DNA of 64,000 nt from Desulfatiglandales bacterium (GCA_963666345.1 OY762721.1:2688001-2752000); one strand, 5' to 3'; positions 1 to 10,796 are shown, numbered from the stretch's first letter. Notes: generated from the sequence alone by a model not told the origin. Program-made: numbers and translations.

Positions 1-320
1 GTTCTATTATGCTTTTCGAGGATGTGGGGGTTTCACTTAAACTCATGATGCCGACTATCGTTATTATAGGCGCGTTTTTTGTCGCCGTGGCCGGCCTGGC
101 ATTCAAGGCCTACAGGAGCAAACCCAGGAGCGGAGAGGAGGGCCTGATAGGAGAGACCGGATATGCAAGAGAGGCGCTTGATCCTGAGGGTCTTGTGTTC
201 GTTCATGGTGAATACTGGAGCGCCAGGGCGGGGGAAAGGATAGAACAGGGAGAACGGGTGGAAGTGGAAGGTATCGAAGGCCTTGTTCTCAGGGTCAAGA
301 AAGTTATAACAGGTGCGTAA
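1..320 (+). CDS. NfeD-family membrane protein, C-terminal part (5' end outside window)
   Basis: TM segment, then [10 protein letters not shown]...[14 protein letters not shown]-fold motif; directly upstream of an SPFH gene. Confidence 0.85.
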   Translation, partial: SIMLFEDVGVSLKLMMPTIVIIGAFFVAVAGLAFKAYRSKPRSGEEGLIGETGYAREALDPEGLVFVHGEYWSARAGERIEQGERVEVEGIEGLVLRVKKVITGA

Positions 321-340
321 TAAATAGACAGGGGGACATT

Positions 341-1081
341 ATGTTCTGGATATTGGCGGTAGTGCTGATTGTCTTTTTTTTAGCGTCGGCCATCAAGGTG
401 CTCAGAGAGTATGAGAGAGGAGTGGTCTTCCGACTTGGAAGGGTGATCAAGACAAAGGGGCCCGGGCTTGTAATCATAATCCCGGTCATTGATAAGATGG
501 TGAGGGTCAGCCTGAGACTCGTTACCATGGATGTGCCCACTCAAGATGTTATTACAAGGGACAATGTCTCCGTAAAGGTTGATGCCGTAGTGTATTTTCG
601 TGTAATGGAACCTACCAAGGCCACTATTGAGGTCGAAAATTACATCTTCGCCACGTCCCAGCTTTCCCAGACTACCTTGAGAAGCGTCTGCGGGCAGGCG
701 GAACTGGATGAGCTTTTGGCCGAAAGGGATAAGATAAACACTAAGTTGCAGAATATCCTGGACAGCCACACCGATCCCTGGGGAATCAAGGTGACGGCGG
801 TTGAGGTAAAGAGAATCGACCTTCCAACTGAGATGCAGCGCGCAATGGCAAGACAGGCTGAAGCCGAAAGGGACAGGCGGGCGAAGGTCATAAACGCGGA
901 GGGCGAATACCAGGCCGCAGACAGACTTGCCGAGGCTGCCGGAATAATAAGGGAATACCCGGAGGCGCTTCAGCTCAGATATCTCCAGACCCTGAAAGAG
1001 ATATCCGCTGAGAATAATTCAACCATACTTTTCCCGATTCCGATAGACCTGTTAAGGCCTTTCCTCGGAAAGGAAAAGTAG
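341..1081 (+). CDS. SPFH/band 7 (slipin/stomatin-like) protein
   Basis: [28 protein letters not shown] and [15 protein letters not shown] motifs. Confidence 0.93.
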   Translation: MFWILAVVLIVFFLASAIKVLREYERGVVFRLGRVIKTKGPGLVIIIPVIDKMVRVSLRLVTMDVPTQDVITRDNVSVKVDAVVYFRVMEPTKATIEVENYIFATSQLSQTTLRSVCGQAELDELLAERDKINTKLQNILDSHTDPWGIKVTAVEVKRIDLPTEMQRAMARQAEAERDRRAKVINAEGEYQAADRLAEAAGIIREYPEALQLRYLQTLKEISAENNSTILFPIPIDLLRPFLGKEK

Positions 1082-1158
1082 GCCGGTGAGCTTATGATTA
1101 TGAAAGGATTTCAGTATCCTTTCATTCCGCCTTGATAAGAGGGGCAGTAAATAAATCG

Positions 1159-1426
1159 GGATCTTTTCCCGATTAGTTGGTCGATCAGCATATGGTTTTT
1201 GCACGGTGTGATTTGTCAGGATTCGAAGGCTCAAGGGGCCAAGGGTCCGAGTGAAAAACAAAGAAAAATTTAAGAGGGTTCTAATTTTTAGTCGATAGAA
1301 TATTCACTTACACAAACAAAAAAAGACTCGATTTTACAGTAATCACATGTTCAAATATCGCCTAATTGAACCCTCGGACCCTGGAATCCTTGAACCCTTT
1401 TCGTACAACTAAATCGGAGAAGAACC
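1159..1426. mobile_element. Family-1 non-autonomous element, short copy (268 bp)
   Basis: Left end GGATCTTTTCCCGATTAGTTGG, right end CAACTAAATCGGAGAAGAACC; flanks ATAAATCG (1151-1158) and ATAAATAG (1427-1434); GGCTCAAGGGGCCAAGGG and CCCTGGAATCCTTGAACCC arms. Confidence 0.8.
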
Positions 1427-1455
1427 ATAAATAGAAAAAAGACAGGAGAAAAAGT

Positions 1456-1932
1456 ATGTCAGAAGAGATCAAGGAGAAAATAGAAGAGACCTCAAAGGAT
1501 GTCACCGAAGCCGGTACCAAGGAGCCTGAAAATGAGGCCGCACAAGAGGTCCCTGCTCGGGAAAATAAGGAAACGGATGCGAAAGACTCGGATAAAGGGC
1601 CTGATGCGGAAGAAAAACCCCTTGATAAGATGACGGTTGTGGAGCTGAGGGAAATCGCCAAGGAGATCCCCGGTGTAACCGGTGTGCATGCCATGAAAAA
1701 AGAGGAAGTGCTGGCCACAATAAAGGAATACAGGGGCATAGTGGATGAGAAACCTGTCAGGAAAAAGGTGGCCAAAGTAGGGTTGAGCATTAAGGAACTG
1801 AAGGAAAAAACGGCTCAGCTGAGACAGGAAAAAGAATCCGCCAGAGCGGCAAAGGATATGAAAAGGGTCGGTATGCTGCGCCGCCGCATCAACCGCCTCA
1901 AAAAGAAGACAAGAAAGGCCATACAGGCATAG
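1456..1932 (+). CDS. Rho-termination-factor N-terminal-like domain protein
   Basis: Acidic N-terminus, then LDKMTVVELREIAKEIPGVTGVHAMKKEEV and a basic C-terminus; AGGAG RBS. Confidence 0.7.
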   Translation: MSEEIKEKIEETSKDVTEAGTKEPENEAAQEVPARENKETDAKDSDKGPDAEEKPLDKMTVVELREIAKEIPGVTGVHAMKKEEVLATIKEYRGIVDEKPVRKKVAKVGLSIKELKEKTAQLRQEKESARAAKDMKRVGMLRRRINRLKKKTRKAIQA

Positions 1933-1950
1933 GCCGTGGAATAAACCCAG

Positions 1951-1992
1951 GACAGGTCCCGGCGCTCAAGGCCCGGGGCCTGTCTTTGTTTT
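1951..1992 (+). terminator. Rho-independent terminator
   Basis: GACAGGTCCCGG...CCGGGGCCTGTC hairpin followed by TTTGTTTT. Confidence 0.65.
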
Positions 1993-2003
1993 CTGCTCCT
2001 GAT

Positions 2004-2744
2004 ATGGATAAAGATAGAAGCGATAAAGAAAGAAAAGGGACAGTCGCGATAATACCCGCTGCGGGTGAGGGTATCCGCATGGGAAGCAAAAAGGCAAAGC
2101 AGTTCCTGGAACTGAAGGGAATGCCGATCGTCGCTTCCACCCTGAGGGTTTTTGACCTTTGTCCGATTATTGACGCTGTTATTCTGGTAGTGCCGGAATC
2201 TGATGTGGGTTACTGTATCAGGGATATAGTTGAAAAATATGAACTTGCCAAGGTTGAAAAGGTGGTTCCGGGCGGGAAAAGAAGACAGGATTCCGTTAGA
2301 AAGGGGCTTGAGGCCTCGGCCGGAAAATATGAACTGGTTCTGATCCATGACGGGGTCAGGCCGTTTGTGAGCGAGGGGGTTATTAAAAATGTAATCCAGT
2401 CGGCAAGGGTCCATGGCGCGGCAAGTGCAGGTCTGCCCGTAAAGGAAACCATCAAGGAAGTAAGTGAGAGCGGCGATGTGATACGGACCTATGACCGTAA
2501 ATTTGTGTGGGCCATTCAGACCCCTCAGGCCTTTTATTATGAGGAGATAATGAAGGCCCATCAGAAGGCCGTTATGGAGGCCTGGGAAGATGCGACTGAT
2601 GACTGTCAGCTGATGGAAAAAATGGGGGTGACGGTCAGGGTGGTGGAAGGATCGGAAGAAAATATCAAGGTAACTACACCCCATGATCTTATCATGGCAA
2701 GGTTCCTTACGGAGCACAAGACTTTTATTAGACCAAGAGACTGA
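2004..2744 (+). CDS. ispD: 2-C-methyl-D-erythritol 4-phosphate cytidylyltransferase
   Basis: AIIPAAGEGIRMG, KQFL, RQDSV, LIHDGVRPF, QTPQAF, TDD and NIKVTTPHDL motifs. Confidence 0.93.
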   Translation: MDKDRSDKERKGTVAIIPAAGEGIRMGSKKAKQFLELKGMPIVASTLRVFDLCPIIDAVILVVPESDVGYCIRDIVEKYELAKVEKVVPGGKRRQDSVRKGLEASAGKYELVLIHDGVRPFVSEGVIKNVIQSARVHGAASAGLPVKETIKEVSESGDVIRTYDRKFVWAIQTPQAFYYEEIMKAHQKAVMEAWEDATDDCQLMEKMGVTVRVVEGSEENIKVTTPHDLIMARFLTEHKTFIRPRD

Positions 2745-2750
2745 AGAAAG

Positions 2751-3674
2751 ATGAAACTACGAATCGGAACCAGAAAAAGCAAACTGGCGTTAGCCCAGAG
2801 TAGGTGGGTGAAACAGAAGATAGAATCAAGGCATCCTGGTGTGGATGTCGAACTTGTAAGGATTCAAACCACGGGTGACAAAATCCTTGATTCACCTCTG
2901 AATGCAATCGGCGGCAAAGGCCTTTTCGTCAAGGAGATCGAAGATGCGCTGATCTCAAAAAAGGTGGACCTCGCCGTTCACAGCATGAAGGATGTGCCTG
3001 CCCGGCTTCCAGATCGACTGAGCCTTTCAATATTTCCTGAAAGGGAAGATCCTTTTGATGCCTTTCTTTCAGTCGCGGTTGTGGACATAGGACATCTTCC
3101 TGCCGGTGCGCGGGTGGGTACCAGCAGCCTCAGAAGATCTTCCCAGTTGCTCAGCATCAGACCGGACCTTGCTATCGTGCCCTTAAGGGGAAATGTCGAC
3201 ACGCGCATAGGAAAGATGGAAGCAGGGGAAACAGATGCAATCATACTTGCCGCGGCCGGCCTCAACAGGCTCGGAATAGGTGAAAGGATCAGGTCAAAGA
3301 TACCTGCTGATGTCCTGCTTCCCGCCATAGGTCAGGGTGCCCTGGGGCTTGAGGTGAGGTCGGACGATGAGGCAACCATCGGGATGCTCAGGTTTTTAAA
3401 TCATGGGCCGACAGAGTCGGCTGTGAGGGCCGAAAGGGCCCTTTTAAAGGAGCTTGAGGGCGGTTGCCAGGTGCCTATCGCAGGATTCGCCCGGATAAAT
3501 AATGGAAAAATCAGGCTGAGGGGCATGGTGGCGGAACTGGACGGTTCAAGGATAATAAGGGATGAAGTAACAGGAGATCCGGTTGAGGCCGAGGATCTCG
3601 GAAGATCACTCGCCCACAGGCTTATCGAAGCGGGGGCGGATCGTATCCTTGCCGAGATATACGGGAGGGATTGA
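2751..3674 (+). CDS. hemC: Hydroxymethylbilane synthase
   Basis: IGTRKSKLALAQ, GKGLFVKEIE, AVHSMKDVP, GTSSLRR and LEGGCQVP motifs. Confidence 0.96.
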   Translation: MKLRIGTRKSKLALAQSRWVKQKIESRHPGVDVELVRIQTTGDKILDSPLNAIGGKGLFVKEIEDALISKKVDLAVHSMKDVPARLPDRLSLSIFPEREDPFDAFLSVAVVDIGHLPAGARVGTSSLRRSSQLLSIRPDLAIVPLRGNVDTRIGKMEAGETDAIILAAAGLNRLGIGERIRSKIPADVLLPAIGQGALGLEVRSDDEATIGMLRFLNHGPTESAVRAERALLKELEGGCQVPIAGFARINNGKIRLRGMVAELDGSRIIRDEVTGDPVEAEDLGRSLAHRLIEAGADRILAEIYGRD

Positions 3675-5230
3675 AAGTGCGGGGAAAAGGCAAAGTTTAT
3701 CTTGTAGGAGCCGGTCCCGGTGACCCGGGTCTCATGACGATAAAAGGCAGGCAGTGTCTGGAATCGGCGGATGTCGTGGTCTACGATTTCCTCGCCAACA
3801 GGACCTTTCTTGAGTACGCAGGAGAGAATGCCGAACTCATATATGTAGGCAAAAAAGGCGGGTGCCATACCATGAGACAGGAGGATATAAATTCCTTAAT
3901 AGTCGAGAAGGCAGGCATGGGACTGACCGTTGTAAGGCTTAAGGGAGGTGACCCTTTCATATTCGGAAGAGGGGGCGAAGAGGCCCAGGAACTGGTCGAG
4001 GCGGGCGTGGACTATGAGGTGGTGCCGGGCGTGACATCCGCTATCGCGGTACCGGCGTATGCCGGCATACCTCTGACTCACAGGGATTATACCTCCTCCG
4101 TGGCTTTTGTTACGGGGCATGAAAATCCGGATAAAGGGCACTCCGATATCGCCTGGGACAGGTTGGCCGATGGCGTCGGTACCCTTGTTTTTCTTATGGG
4201 TGTGGGAAATCTGGGCGGTATCGCCAAAAAACTGATGCAGCATGGTAAGGGAGCCGACACCCCTGTGGCCGTGATAATGAACGGAACCTCGAGCATGCAG
4301 AAGACGATCACGGGAAGGCTGGACAATATCAGGGAAAAGGCCGAACTGAGCGGCATCAGACCTCCGGCCATAATTGTCGTGGGAGGAGTCGCCGGTCTCA
4401 GGGATCAGCTAAAATGGTTTGAAAAAAGGCCCCTTCTGGGCAGAAGAATAGTCGTGACAAGGGCCAGGGAGCAGGCAAGCGGGTTTTTGAAAAGACTCGG
4501 CGAACTGGGCGCGGAATGCATAGAATTCCCCACTATCGAAATCCTTCCGGCACCGGACTGGAACAGACTTGATGAAGCGATTAGAGCGCTTGATAAATAT
4601 GACTGGCTTCTCTTTACCTCGGTAAACGGGGTGAAATATTTTTTCATGCGGCTTAAGGCATGCGGAAAAGATGTCAGGGATCTCAGCGGCATCAGGATAG
4701 GCGCGATAGGTCCCAAGACCGCTGAAATTTTAAACAACATGGGCATAATGCCGGATATAATTCCGGATGAATACAGGGCTGAAGCCCTGGTTGAACAGCT
4801 GGGACAAGCCGGTATAACGGGTGCCCATATCCTTATCCCGAGGGCTGAAAAGGCAAGAGAAATATTGCCTGAGGAACTGAGGAAAAAAGGAGCCAATGTC
4901 GATGTGGTAACCACTTACAGGACAGTGCTGCCGGATCGGGACAGGGAGGAGATAGTTAAAATGTTTGAGAGGGGTCAGATAGACATGGTGACCTTTACGA
5001 GTTCTTCGACTGTAAAAAATTTCTGTGAGATCTTTTCTTCCAGTAAGACGGTATTGAAAAAGTGGATGTCCTCCGTTTCCGTCGCCAGTATCGGTCCCAT
5101 AACCTCAGAAACGGCTGTCTCAGAGGGCTTTTCAGTTGATCTGGTCCCCGCCGAATACACAATAGAGGCCCTGACTGAAAGCATCGTGGAATTTTTCGGA
5201 TCACCAGCTGATCCTACTAAAATACCTTGA
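3671..5230 (+). CDS. cobA/hemD: Fused uroporphyrinogen-III C-methyltransferase / uroporphyrinogen-III synthase
   Basis: VYLVGAGPGDPGL and RLKGGDPFIFGRGGEE, then a HemD domain (VVTRAREQ, FTSVNGV, TFTSSSTV). Confidence 0.93.
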   Translation: MKVRGKGKVYLVGAGPGDPGLMTIKGRQCLESADVVVYDFLANRTFLEYAGENAELIYVGKKGGCHTMRQEDINSLIVEKAGMGLTVVRLKGGDPFIFGRGGEEAQELVEAGVDYEVVPGVTSAIAVPAYAGIPLTHRDYTSSVAFVTGHENPDKGHSDIAWDRLADGVGTLVFLMGVGNLGGIAKKLMQHGKGADTPVAVIMNGTSSMQKTITGRLDNIREKAELSGIRPPAIIVVGGVAGLRDQLKWFEKRPLLGRRIVVTRAREQASGFLKRLGELGAECIEFPTIEILPAPDWNRLDEAIRALDKYDWLLFTSVNGVKYFFMRLKACGKDVRDLSGIRIGAIGPKTAEILNNMGIMPDIIPDEYRAEALVEQLGQAGITGAHILIPRAEKAREILPEELRKKGANVDVVTTYRTVLPDRDREEIVKMFERGQIDMVTFTSSSTVKNFCEIFSSSKTVLKKWMSSVSVASIGPITSETAVSEGFSVDLVPAEYTIEALTESIVEFFGSPADPTKIP

Positions 5231-6026
5231 GGAGATATTTTTCTCTGTCAAAATTGTCGTAAGATTCCGTGCCTGGCAGATCCAGACATTCCCTGGCAAA
5301 CCTGAACACCCTTTCATAGTCAAAGACCATGCCCATGTTTTGGTAATATTTTTCCAGGATTCTCTTAGGCCTCGAAGTCTCAAACTTACACTCCCTGGTG
5401 ATAAAGGGAATTTTCAGGGATTTCAGGACCTCCAGGATGTTGTTTGAATTGTACCTTATAAGAGGCCTGTAGATCTTAAAGCCTTCTTTCATCTCGAGTA
5501 GGGGATAAAATCGTTGGGCTGTTGTAAGGAATCTGTCGCTCCCTGAATGACCCTTAGGCGAACTTCCCAGCTTCTCTGAAAGAATTTCCTCCAGAGAATA
5601 GCTGACTATGTCCCAGAGGCTGTAACTGGTAACAATTATAAGGTCCTTCCAATCCTTAACCAGTTTTGAAAGCACAATGTTGAGCACCTCTTTTCTCAGC
5701 TCCTGGCAGACAATACAGGGCGTGTCCGTGTTTTCAATCTTTGAGTCCGTATCAGCCAGTTTGTGCCAGTTTACCGTCACTCCTCTTCTTTCCCAGTATG
5801 AACCGATCTTTTCCATTTCTTCGTCAGGATAACGATGAACGGGAAAAATACCGGCGTGAACCTCAAGTTCAAACCGGAGTTCTTTTGATGCTTTCAACAT
5901 GAAATCAAGGGCAAGAGAAGAATCTTTACCACCTGAAAAGAGCATGAAAAATTGTTTATTTCTCAAGTCCTCGAGTGTCTTGATTTGACTTTCTTTCCAA
6001 CTTTGATATGCCTTGCAAGAGGTCAT
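5217..6026 (-). CDS. PP-loop ATPase, TtcA/Ctu1-like (adenine nucleotide alpha hydrolase)
   Basis: LFSGGKDS PP-loop, PCIVC and RPL motifs; start set at ATG 6026 after AGGGAG; lacks a complete second CxxC. Confidence 0.75.
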   Translation of the reverse strand: MTSCKAYQSWKESQIKTLEDLRNKQFFMLFSGGKDSSLALDFMLKASKELRFELEVHAGIFPVHRYPDEEMEKIGSYWERRGVTVNWHKLADTDSKIENTDTPCIVCQELRKEVLNIVLSKLVKDWKDLIIVTSYSLWDIVSYSLEEILSEKLGSSPKGHSGSDRFLTTAQRFYPLLEMKEGFKIYRPLIRYNSNNILEVLKSLKIPFITRECKFETSRPKRILEKYYQNMGMVFDYERVFRFARECLDLPGTESYDNFDREKYLLKVF

Positions 6027-6082
6027 GCGTATCTCCCTGTCAGCTTCGGTTATGAAGTTTTCTCTTAGTGCCTGAAGGTTTC

Positions 6083-7228
6083 TCAAGGTGCATTTATAAC
6101 GGTCAGTAGGTCGCAAAGTTTCTCAAGCGAGTGCCTGCTGACCTCCACTCCCAGACCGCAGCCTTTTATCGGGCCTCCCTCACCCCCGGGTCCAAAGGAC
6201 ACATTTGACGTAGTCAGGTTCTCTTTTAGGACAAAGTCGTCATAGGAGCCGTCCCAGTAGGCTGCATCCCCGCTCAGGAGGCCCAGAACTCTTCCTGCAG
6301 CTGACAGTAACCCCGATTCACCAAGCTGACATCCGATCTGAAAAGAAAGACCCCGGGATCTCAAAAAATCGGTTATCTCCAGGGACCTGATCAACCCGCC
6401 GCACTTGGAAAGCCTCACATTTATCAGGTCATAGAAACCCTGATCCGCGATTTTCACGCAATCCTTCATTGAGCAGGCCGATTCATCCGCCATAAGCCTT
6501 ATGTTGTTTTCGTTCATCAATCGGGCAATTACGGGAAGCTGGTCGCTTTCAGGATCAACAGGCTGCTCAAGAACGCTGACCCCGTTTTTCAGAAAAAGAT
6601 CAAGATGCCTTTTTGCCAGTTCAAAGTTCCATGAGCCGTTGATGTCTATCCTGATATCCGAAAGCCCGCCGAAGATTATACCGGCGGTTTCAATCCTTTC
6701 CTTGTTTTCCAGGTAGATGCCGCCCATTTTTATTCGCAATGGACTTAATCCGAATGCCTTTATCTGCCGGCAGACTTCGGTGGTCCTTTCTCTGCCCGCC
6801 ATAGGGATGGTGGCGCCATAGAATACATGGCCGGTATAATGATTTTTCGGGAAAAAATCCAAGACCGCCCTGTTTTGTATCTTTCCCAGAAGGTCCAGTA
6901 ATGCGGTTTCAAGGGCGCAGAGGGCGGCATTGCCATTCTTGCCGGAGTCAACCCGGGATACGAATTCCCATATCTGGGATTCATTTTCCAAATTCCATGG
7001 GAAGTGTTCGGATGCCAGAAGATGTTCTATTCTCTTTGCAGCGCCTGTTTGGGATTCCCCAGTTACGTAGGATCTGGGGGCGCCTTCTCCGTAACCTTTG
7101 ACTCTTCCCTTTTCCGTCGTCACCTGGACCACCAGGTTGTCGGCTGAAAGCCCTTTTTTCCTGGAATGGGAGAAATCCCCTCTAAAAGGGAGGCTCAGCT
7201 TATAGACCTTTACCGTTTCAATATTCAT
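6083..7228 (-). CDS. Enolase-superfamily (MLE/dipeptide epimerase-like) enzyme
   Basis: GYGEG, RIK, DIN, EQP, ADES, NVRLSKCGG and GCQLGES motifs. Confidence 0.85.
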   Translation of the reverse strand: MNIETVKVYKLSLPFRGDFSHSRKKGLSADNLVVQVTTEKGRVKGYGEGAPRSYVTGESQTGAAKRIEHLLASEHFPWNLENESQIWEFVSRVDSGKNGNAALCALETALLDLLGKIQNRAVLDFFPKNHYTGHVFYGATIPMAGRERTTEVCRQIKAFGLSPLRIKMGGIYLENKERIETAGIIFGGLSDIRIDINGSWNFELAKRHLDLFLKNGVSVLEQPVDPESDQLPVIARLMNENNIRLMADESACSMKDCVKIADQGFYDLINVRLSKCGGLIRSLEITDFLRSRGLSFQIGCQLGESGLLSAAGRVLGLLSGDAAYWDGSYDDFVLKENLTTSNVSFGPGGEGGPIKGCGLGVEVSRHSLEKLCDLLTVINAP

Positions 7229-7229
7229 C

Positions 7230-9233
7230 TTAGCCCTCATCTTGTTTTTCCGGGAGTCCTGAAGGAGGTTCACAGGGAAGGGTAATAAAAAAAGAGGCGC
7301 CTTGATCGACCTGACTCTTGATATCTATGGTGCCCCCATGGTCCTGCACGTTTTGGTGCACGATAAAGAGGCCCAGGCCCGTACCATTATGGATCGTGCT
7401 TTTGTGTTTTGTAGTGAAATAGGGATCGAAAACCTTTTCTATCATCTCCTCGGAAATCCCGGTCCCGTTGTCTCTGACCTCGATGTTTATGCAATTATTT
7501 CCATCTTTATCCATCGATTTTTTTGTAATAATTTTGATTTGACCTCCTTCCGGGGTAAAATCAAGGGCATTTGAAAGAAGATTCAGTATAACCTGTTTTA
7601 TCTTCTCCGGATCTATCCATATAAGAGCTATGTCCGGATCAAAATTACTTACGACACTTATCCTCTTGCCTTTGCTTTGAGGCGAGACAAGGAGTATCAT
7701 TTTGTCTATAACTTCATGTATATCGCTGAATTTATATAACGGTTTATTGGTTTTTACGAGTTCAAGCAGTTCCGTTATCAGATTGTTTACCCTGTCGGTT
7801 TCTTCCATGGCGATGCCGTAGAAATCGGTTCTGAATTCCTCATCGTCAAATTTCTGGGGAAGCATCTGAATGAATGTGCGGATGGATGTGAGAGGATTTT
7901 TTATCTCATGAGCAAGCCTGGCCGAAAGGTTGCCGAGAAAAGAAAATTTCTCTGCCCTGCTCAAAAGCGCATGAGACCGCTTGAGTTCGTGCATCTGCTC
8001 CTGAAGGGTGCTGTAAAGTCGGGCATTTTCTATTGCTATGGCTATCTGTGGTCCGAACACCTCGAGTGTCTCCCTGGTTTCTTCAGGTAACCCATCCGAA
8101 CTTATGGCGTCCGTGGCTATAACACCTATAACCTTGGACCTTGTTATCAGAGGAACAACATACACCGAAGAAGGTTTTCCATGGGCAAGAACAATATTCT
8201 CCCGCCTCAGAGAGGACCTTTCCACGTGGGATATATACTCCGGTCTGCCGGTGCTGGCGACCCTGGCAAGGATATTGCTGACCCTGTCAAGGGGCACCTC
8301 ATATTCTTTTATGACCTCCGGCACGTCTCCTTTAAATCCCACGCCATGTATATATTGCAGACATCCGGCTTCCTTGTTTACCAGCATTATCATGGCACGG
8401 TTTATACTGCATACATTCGAGAGGATATTCATGATAACCGTAAGCACCTTGTCCAGATCAAGTACCGAAATGATGGCCTTGCCTGTTTCCTGAATGGCAA
8501 GAAGCTGCTTTATCTTATAATTGAGGTCCTCATTAAGACGATTTACCTCTTCATATTTTTGTTCGATTACCTTTTTATCTTTCTCCATCTCATCGATTGT
8601 TTCCATGAGTACCGATTTAGAGGTATAGAATCTAGAGAGGATCTCATGGAGAAGGTTCCTGATCGGCCATCTGATATGATATTCACAAAAGGGGGCTCCT
8701 TCAAAATAACAGGCCTTTTCGATCAGGGTAATCGGATTGCCGCCCCAGATAAGAGGCATAAACGTATACGCCCCCTGATTGTATAGGCATATGTCTTTGG
8801 AAACATCCATTTGGGGATCCCAATGGAGCCTGATAATCGCCCTGTTTCTTTTTATTTCAACCAGCTCAATCCTTTTACTTATGTTCCACTTGTCATTTAT
8901 CTTCTGAAGGCTCTTAAGCCCTTTTTTGATGGACCAGAACGCCTTTACGATAATGCCCTGCGCATACCCGAGTTCCGCGTTTTCAGCAGCATATCTGGCT
9001 ATCTTGTATGCGGCATTTTCATCTTTGAGCAAGGTCCTTGTGCGCTCATAAAGTTTTGATATCACAGTGCAGGATATCCAGTTATTGGGGTCCCTTAAAA
9101 ACTCCAGCGGGTCATCAAAGGCATCTATTTCAGGATCAAGACCTTTTAGAAAAGGGGAAAGATCTCCATCATAATGTGCCTCTAAATAATTGAGGATTAC
9201 TCTTGAATTTATACAGCTCGTTTCCCTTTTCAT
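7230..9233 (-). CDS. Cytoplasmic sensor histidine kinase: V4R/HNOB-like N-domain, GAF, HisKA, HATPase
   Basis: ICLYNQG...EKACYFEGAPFCEY V4R-like pattern; GAF (VVPLITRSKVIGVI...AIAIENARLY); H-box LAHEIKNPL; NLLSNA, DNGTG and GTGLGL. Confidence 0.88.
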   Translation of the reverse strand: MKRETSCINSRVILNYLEAHYDGDLSPFLKGLDPEIDAFDDPLEFLRDPNNWISCTVISKLYERTRTLLKDENAAYKIARYAAENAELGYAQGIIVKAFWSIKKGLKSLQKINDKWNISKRIELVEIKRNRAIIRLHWDPQMDVSKDICLYNQGAYTFMPLIWGGNPITLIEKACYFEGAPFCEYHIRWPIRNLLHEILSRFYTSKSVLMETIDEMEKDKKVIEQKYEEVNRLNEDLNYKIKQLLAIQETGKAIISVLDLDKVLTVIMNILSNVCSINRAMIMLVNKEAGCLQYIHGVGFKGDVPEVIKEYEVPLDRVSNILARVASTGRPEYISHVERSSLRRENIVLAHGKPSSVYVVPLITRSKVIGVIATDAISSDGLPEETRETLEVFGPQIAIAIENARLYSTLQEQMHELKRSHALLSRAEKFSFLGNLSARLAHEIKNPLTSIRTFIQMLPQKFDDEEFRTDFYGIAMEETDRVNNLITELLELVKTNKPLYKFSDIHEVIDKMILLVSPQSKGKRISVVSNFDPDIALIWIDPEKIKQVILNLLSNALDFTPEGGQIKIITKKSMDKDGNNCINIEVRDNGTGISEEMIEKVFDPYFTTKHKSTIHNGTGLGLFIVHQNVQDHGGTIDIKSQVDQGASFFITLPCEPPSGLPEKQDEG

Positions 9234-9257
9234 ATGGCGTTCATTTTCCAGTGACTT

Positions 9258-10796
9258 TTAATAAGGCAAAATACGGGTATTCCTCTGGGCTGAAACCAGC
9301 CCTTTGTATCTGGAAGAAAGTTGAGGTAATTTCGTTCTGAAATGCGCGAGGGCTTCGCCGCGCACATTCATAATTTCTCTGGAGCTGTCCATGTAGCAGC
9401 TGTCAGGTATTATCTCGTCCTTGAGGCTTAATACCGGAAGCCTGAAAAAGGGCATAAGCCTCAAAAGGGTGTTCTTTAATTTAGGTGTGTAGTTGGATAG
9501 TGAGAAAATCTGCTTTGTGTAGGATTGTACGGTATCGAAGTCAAGGTCCTTTGACGGCTTTCTAACTGTATTCATGCCAAATACACCGTCATCATCGAAT
9601 ACAACGTCGGGTATGGACAGGGCAAGCCTGTGGATATTCGTCTTGGGATATACCTGGCATTCCCCGATCTTGAAAATGTATCCACCCTCTCCTCCGTATT
9701 TTGACAGTTCATGGGCAAAAGCGAGGCTTTTCTCGAGGTCCCTTTCAGTATCCCCAGGGTAGCCGGCGATCATGAAAACAAGCAGAGGAATTTCATTTCT
9801 GGCCGCTTCCCTGAAAATTTTAATCGTATTGGAGATGTAATGTTCATAATGGGCCTTGTCCCTGACCTTGTTCATCCGCTTCAAGGTGTCATAACTAGCT
9901 GATTCAAAGCCCAGAGCGAACATGCCGCAGGTATCGGCTATTTCAGATATCCTGGAAGATTCCATAACATCGCAACGGGTTTCAAAGTTTACCTTCATCC
10001 CCAGGGATTTAATGAACGGAAACATTCCGAAAGACCTGAAAAGTGCGTCGCTTACCAGGAGTGTGTGACTGCTGCTGCGGGCCGAGATGTTTTCCAGGTC
10101 TTTATAGACGATTTGCTCCGGGACGGCTATCCTTGTCGGCCTTATGAATTCTTCCATGCAGAAATTGCATTGAAAAGGGCAGCCTCTGCTGAAGGAATAT
10201 GGAAGGATTTCATATGATCCGGGATTTCTCAGAAAATCAAGGTTCAAGACCGCCTTGTTTTTGAGATCAAATCTAGCCCCCCTTTTTGTCGTCCTTATTT
10301 CATCTCCCTCTTTCCAGGCAAGACTTTCTATGTTTTCTTTCCTTGGGTCTTTTCCCTTCTCAAGTAAGGAGATGATCTCGAGGGAAGGTGCCTCGCCTTC
10401 ACCTACTACTATCAGGTCCAGGGAGGATGTCCTTTTCAGTATGTCCTCGTAGTATATAGTTGGAAAATATCCTCCCATAAAGGTGAAGATGTCAGGGTCC
10501 TTTCTCTTGATGTGCTCACAAAGGGTGATCGCCTCTTCGGCCTGAGAAATTGCTGTACAGGAAATTCCGACGCCTCTGGGTTTCGCCTTGCACAGTTCAA
10601 TCGATATATCCGAGTAGAGGTTGTTTCTGGCGTCTTCACTGAGAGGGAGGCCATAGTCAATAGGTACCGAGATGACTTCAATATCGATTTTCGGGAGGTT
10701 TTTTTTAACAAAGCTCGCAATCTCCATTATCGGAAGGGGATAAGCCGGAACGTACATGCCTATATTTTTAGAAATAGGTTCGATAAATGTAATCAA
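9258..10796 (-). CDS. B12-binding-domain radical SAM protein
   Basis: GISC...MGGYFPT...VGEGE cobalamin-binding domain; SRGCPFQCNFC; GFES; TTG start after CAGGAG. Confidence 0.88.
   Translation of the reverse strand: MITFIEPISKNIGMYVPAYPLPIMEIASFVKKNLPKIDIEVISVPIDYGLPLSEDARNNLYSDISIELCKAKPRGVGISCTAISQAEEAITLCEHIKRKDPDIFTFMGGYFPTIYYEDILKRTSSLDLIVVGEGEAPSLEIISLLEKGKDPRKENIESLAWKEGDEIRTTKRGARFDLKNKAVLNLDFLRNPGSYEILPYSFSRGCPFQCNFCMEEFIRPTRIAVPEQIVYKDLENISARSSSHTLLVSDALFRSFGMFPFIKSLGMKVNFETRCDVMESSRISEIADTCGMFALGFESASYDTLKRMNKVRDKAHYEHYISNTIKIFREAARNEIPLLVFMIAGYPGDTERDLEKSLAFAHELSKYGGEGGYIFKIGECQVYPKTNIHRLALSIPDVVFDDDGVFGMNTVRKPSKDLDFDTVQSYTKQIFSLSNYTPKLKNTLLRLMPFFRLPVLSLKDEIIPDSCYMDSSREIMNVRGEALAHFRTKLPQLSSRYKGLVSAQRNTRILPY

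Noticed and set aside
5217..6026. Calling this gene ttcA
   Set aside because: It has only one clear CxxC and no GH..DD motif; assignment is family-level only.
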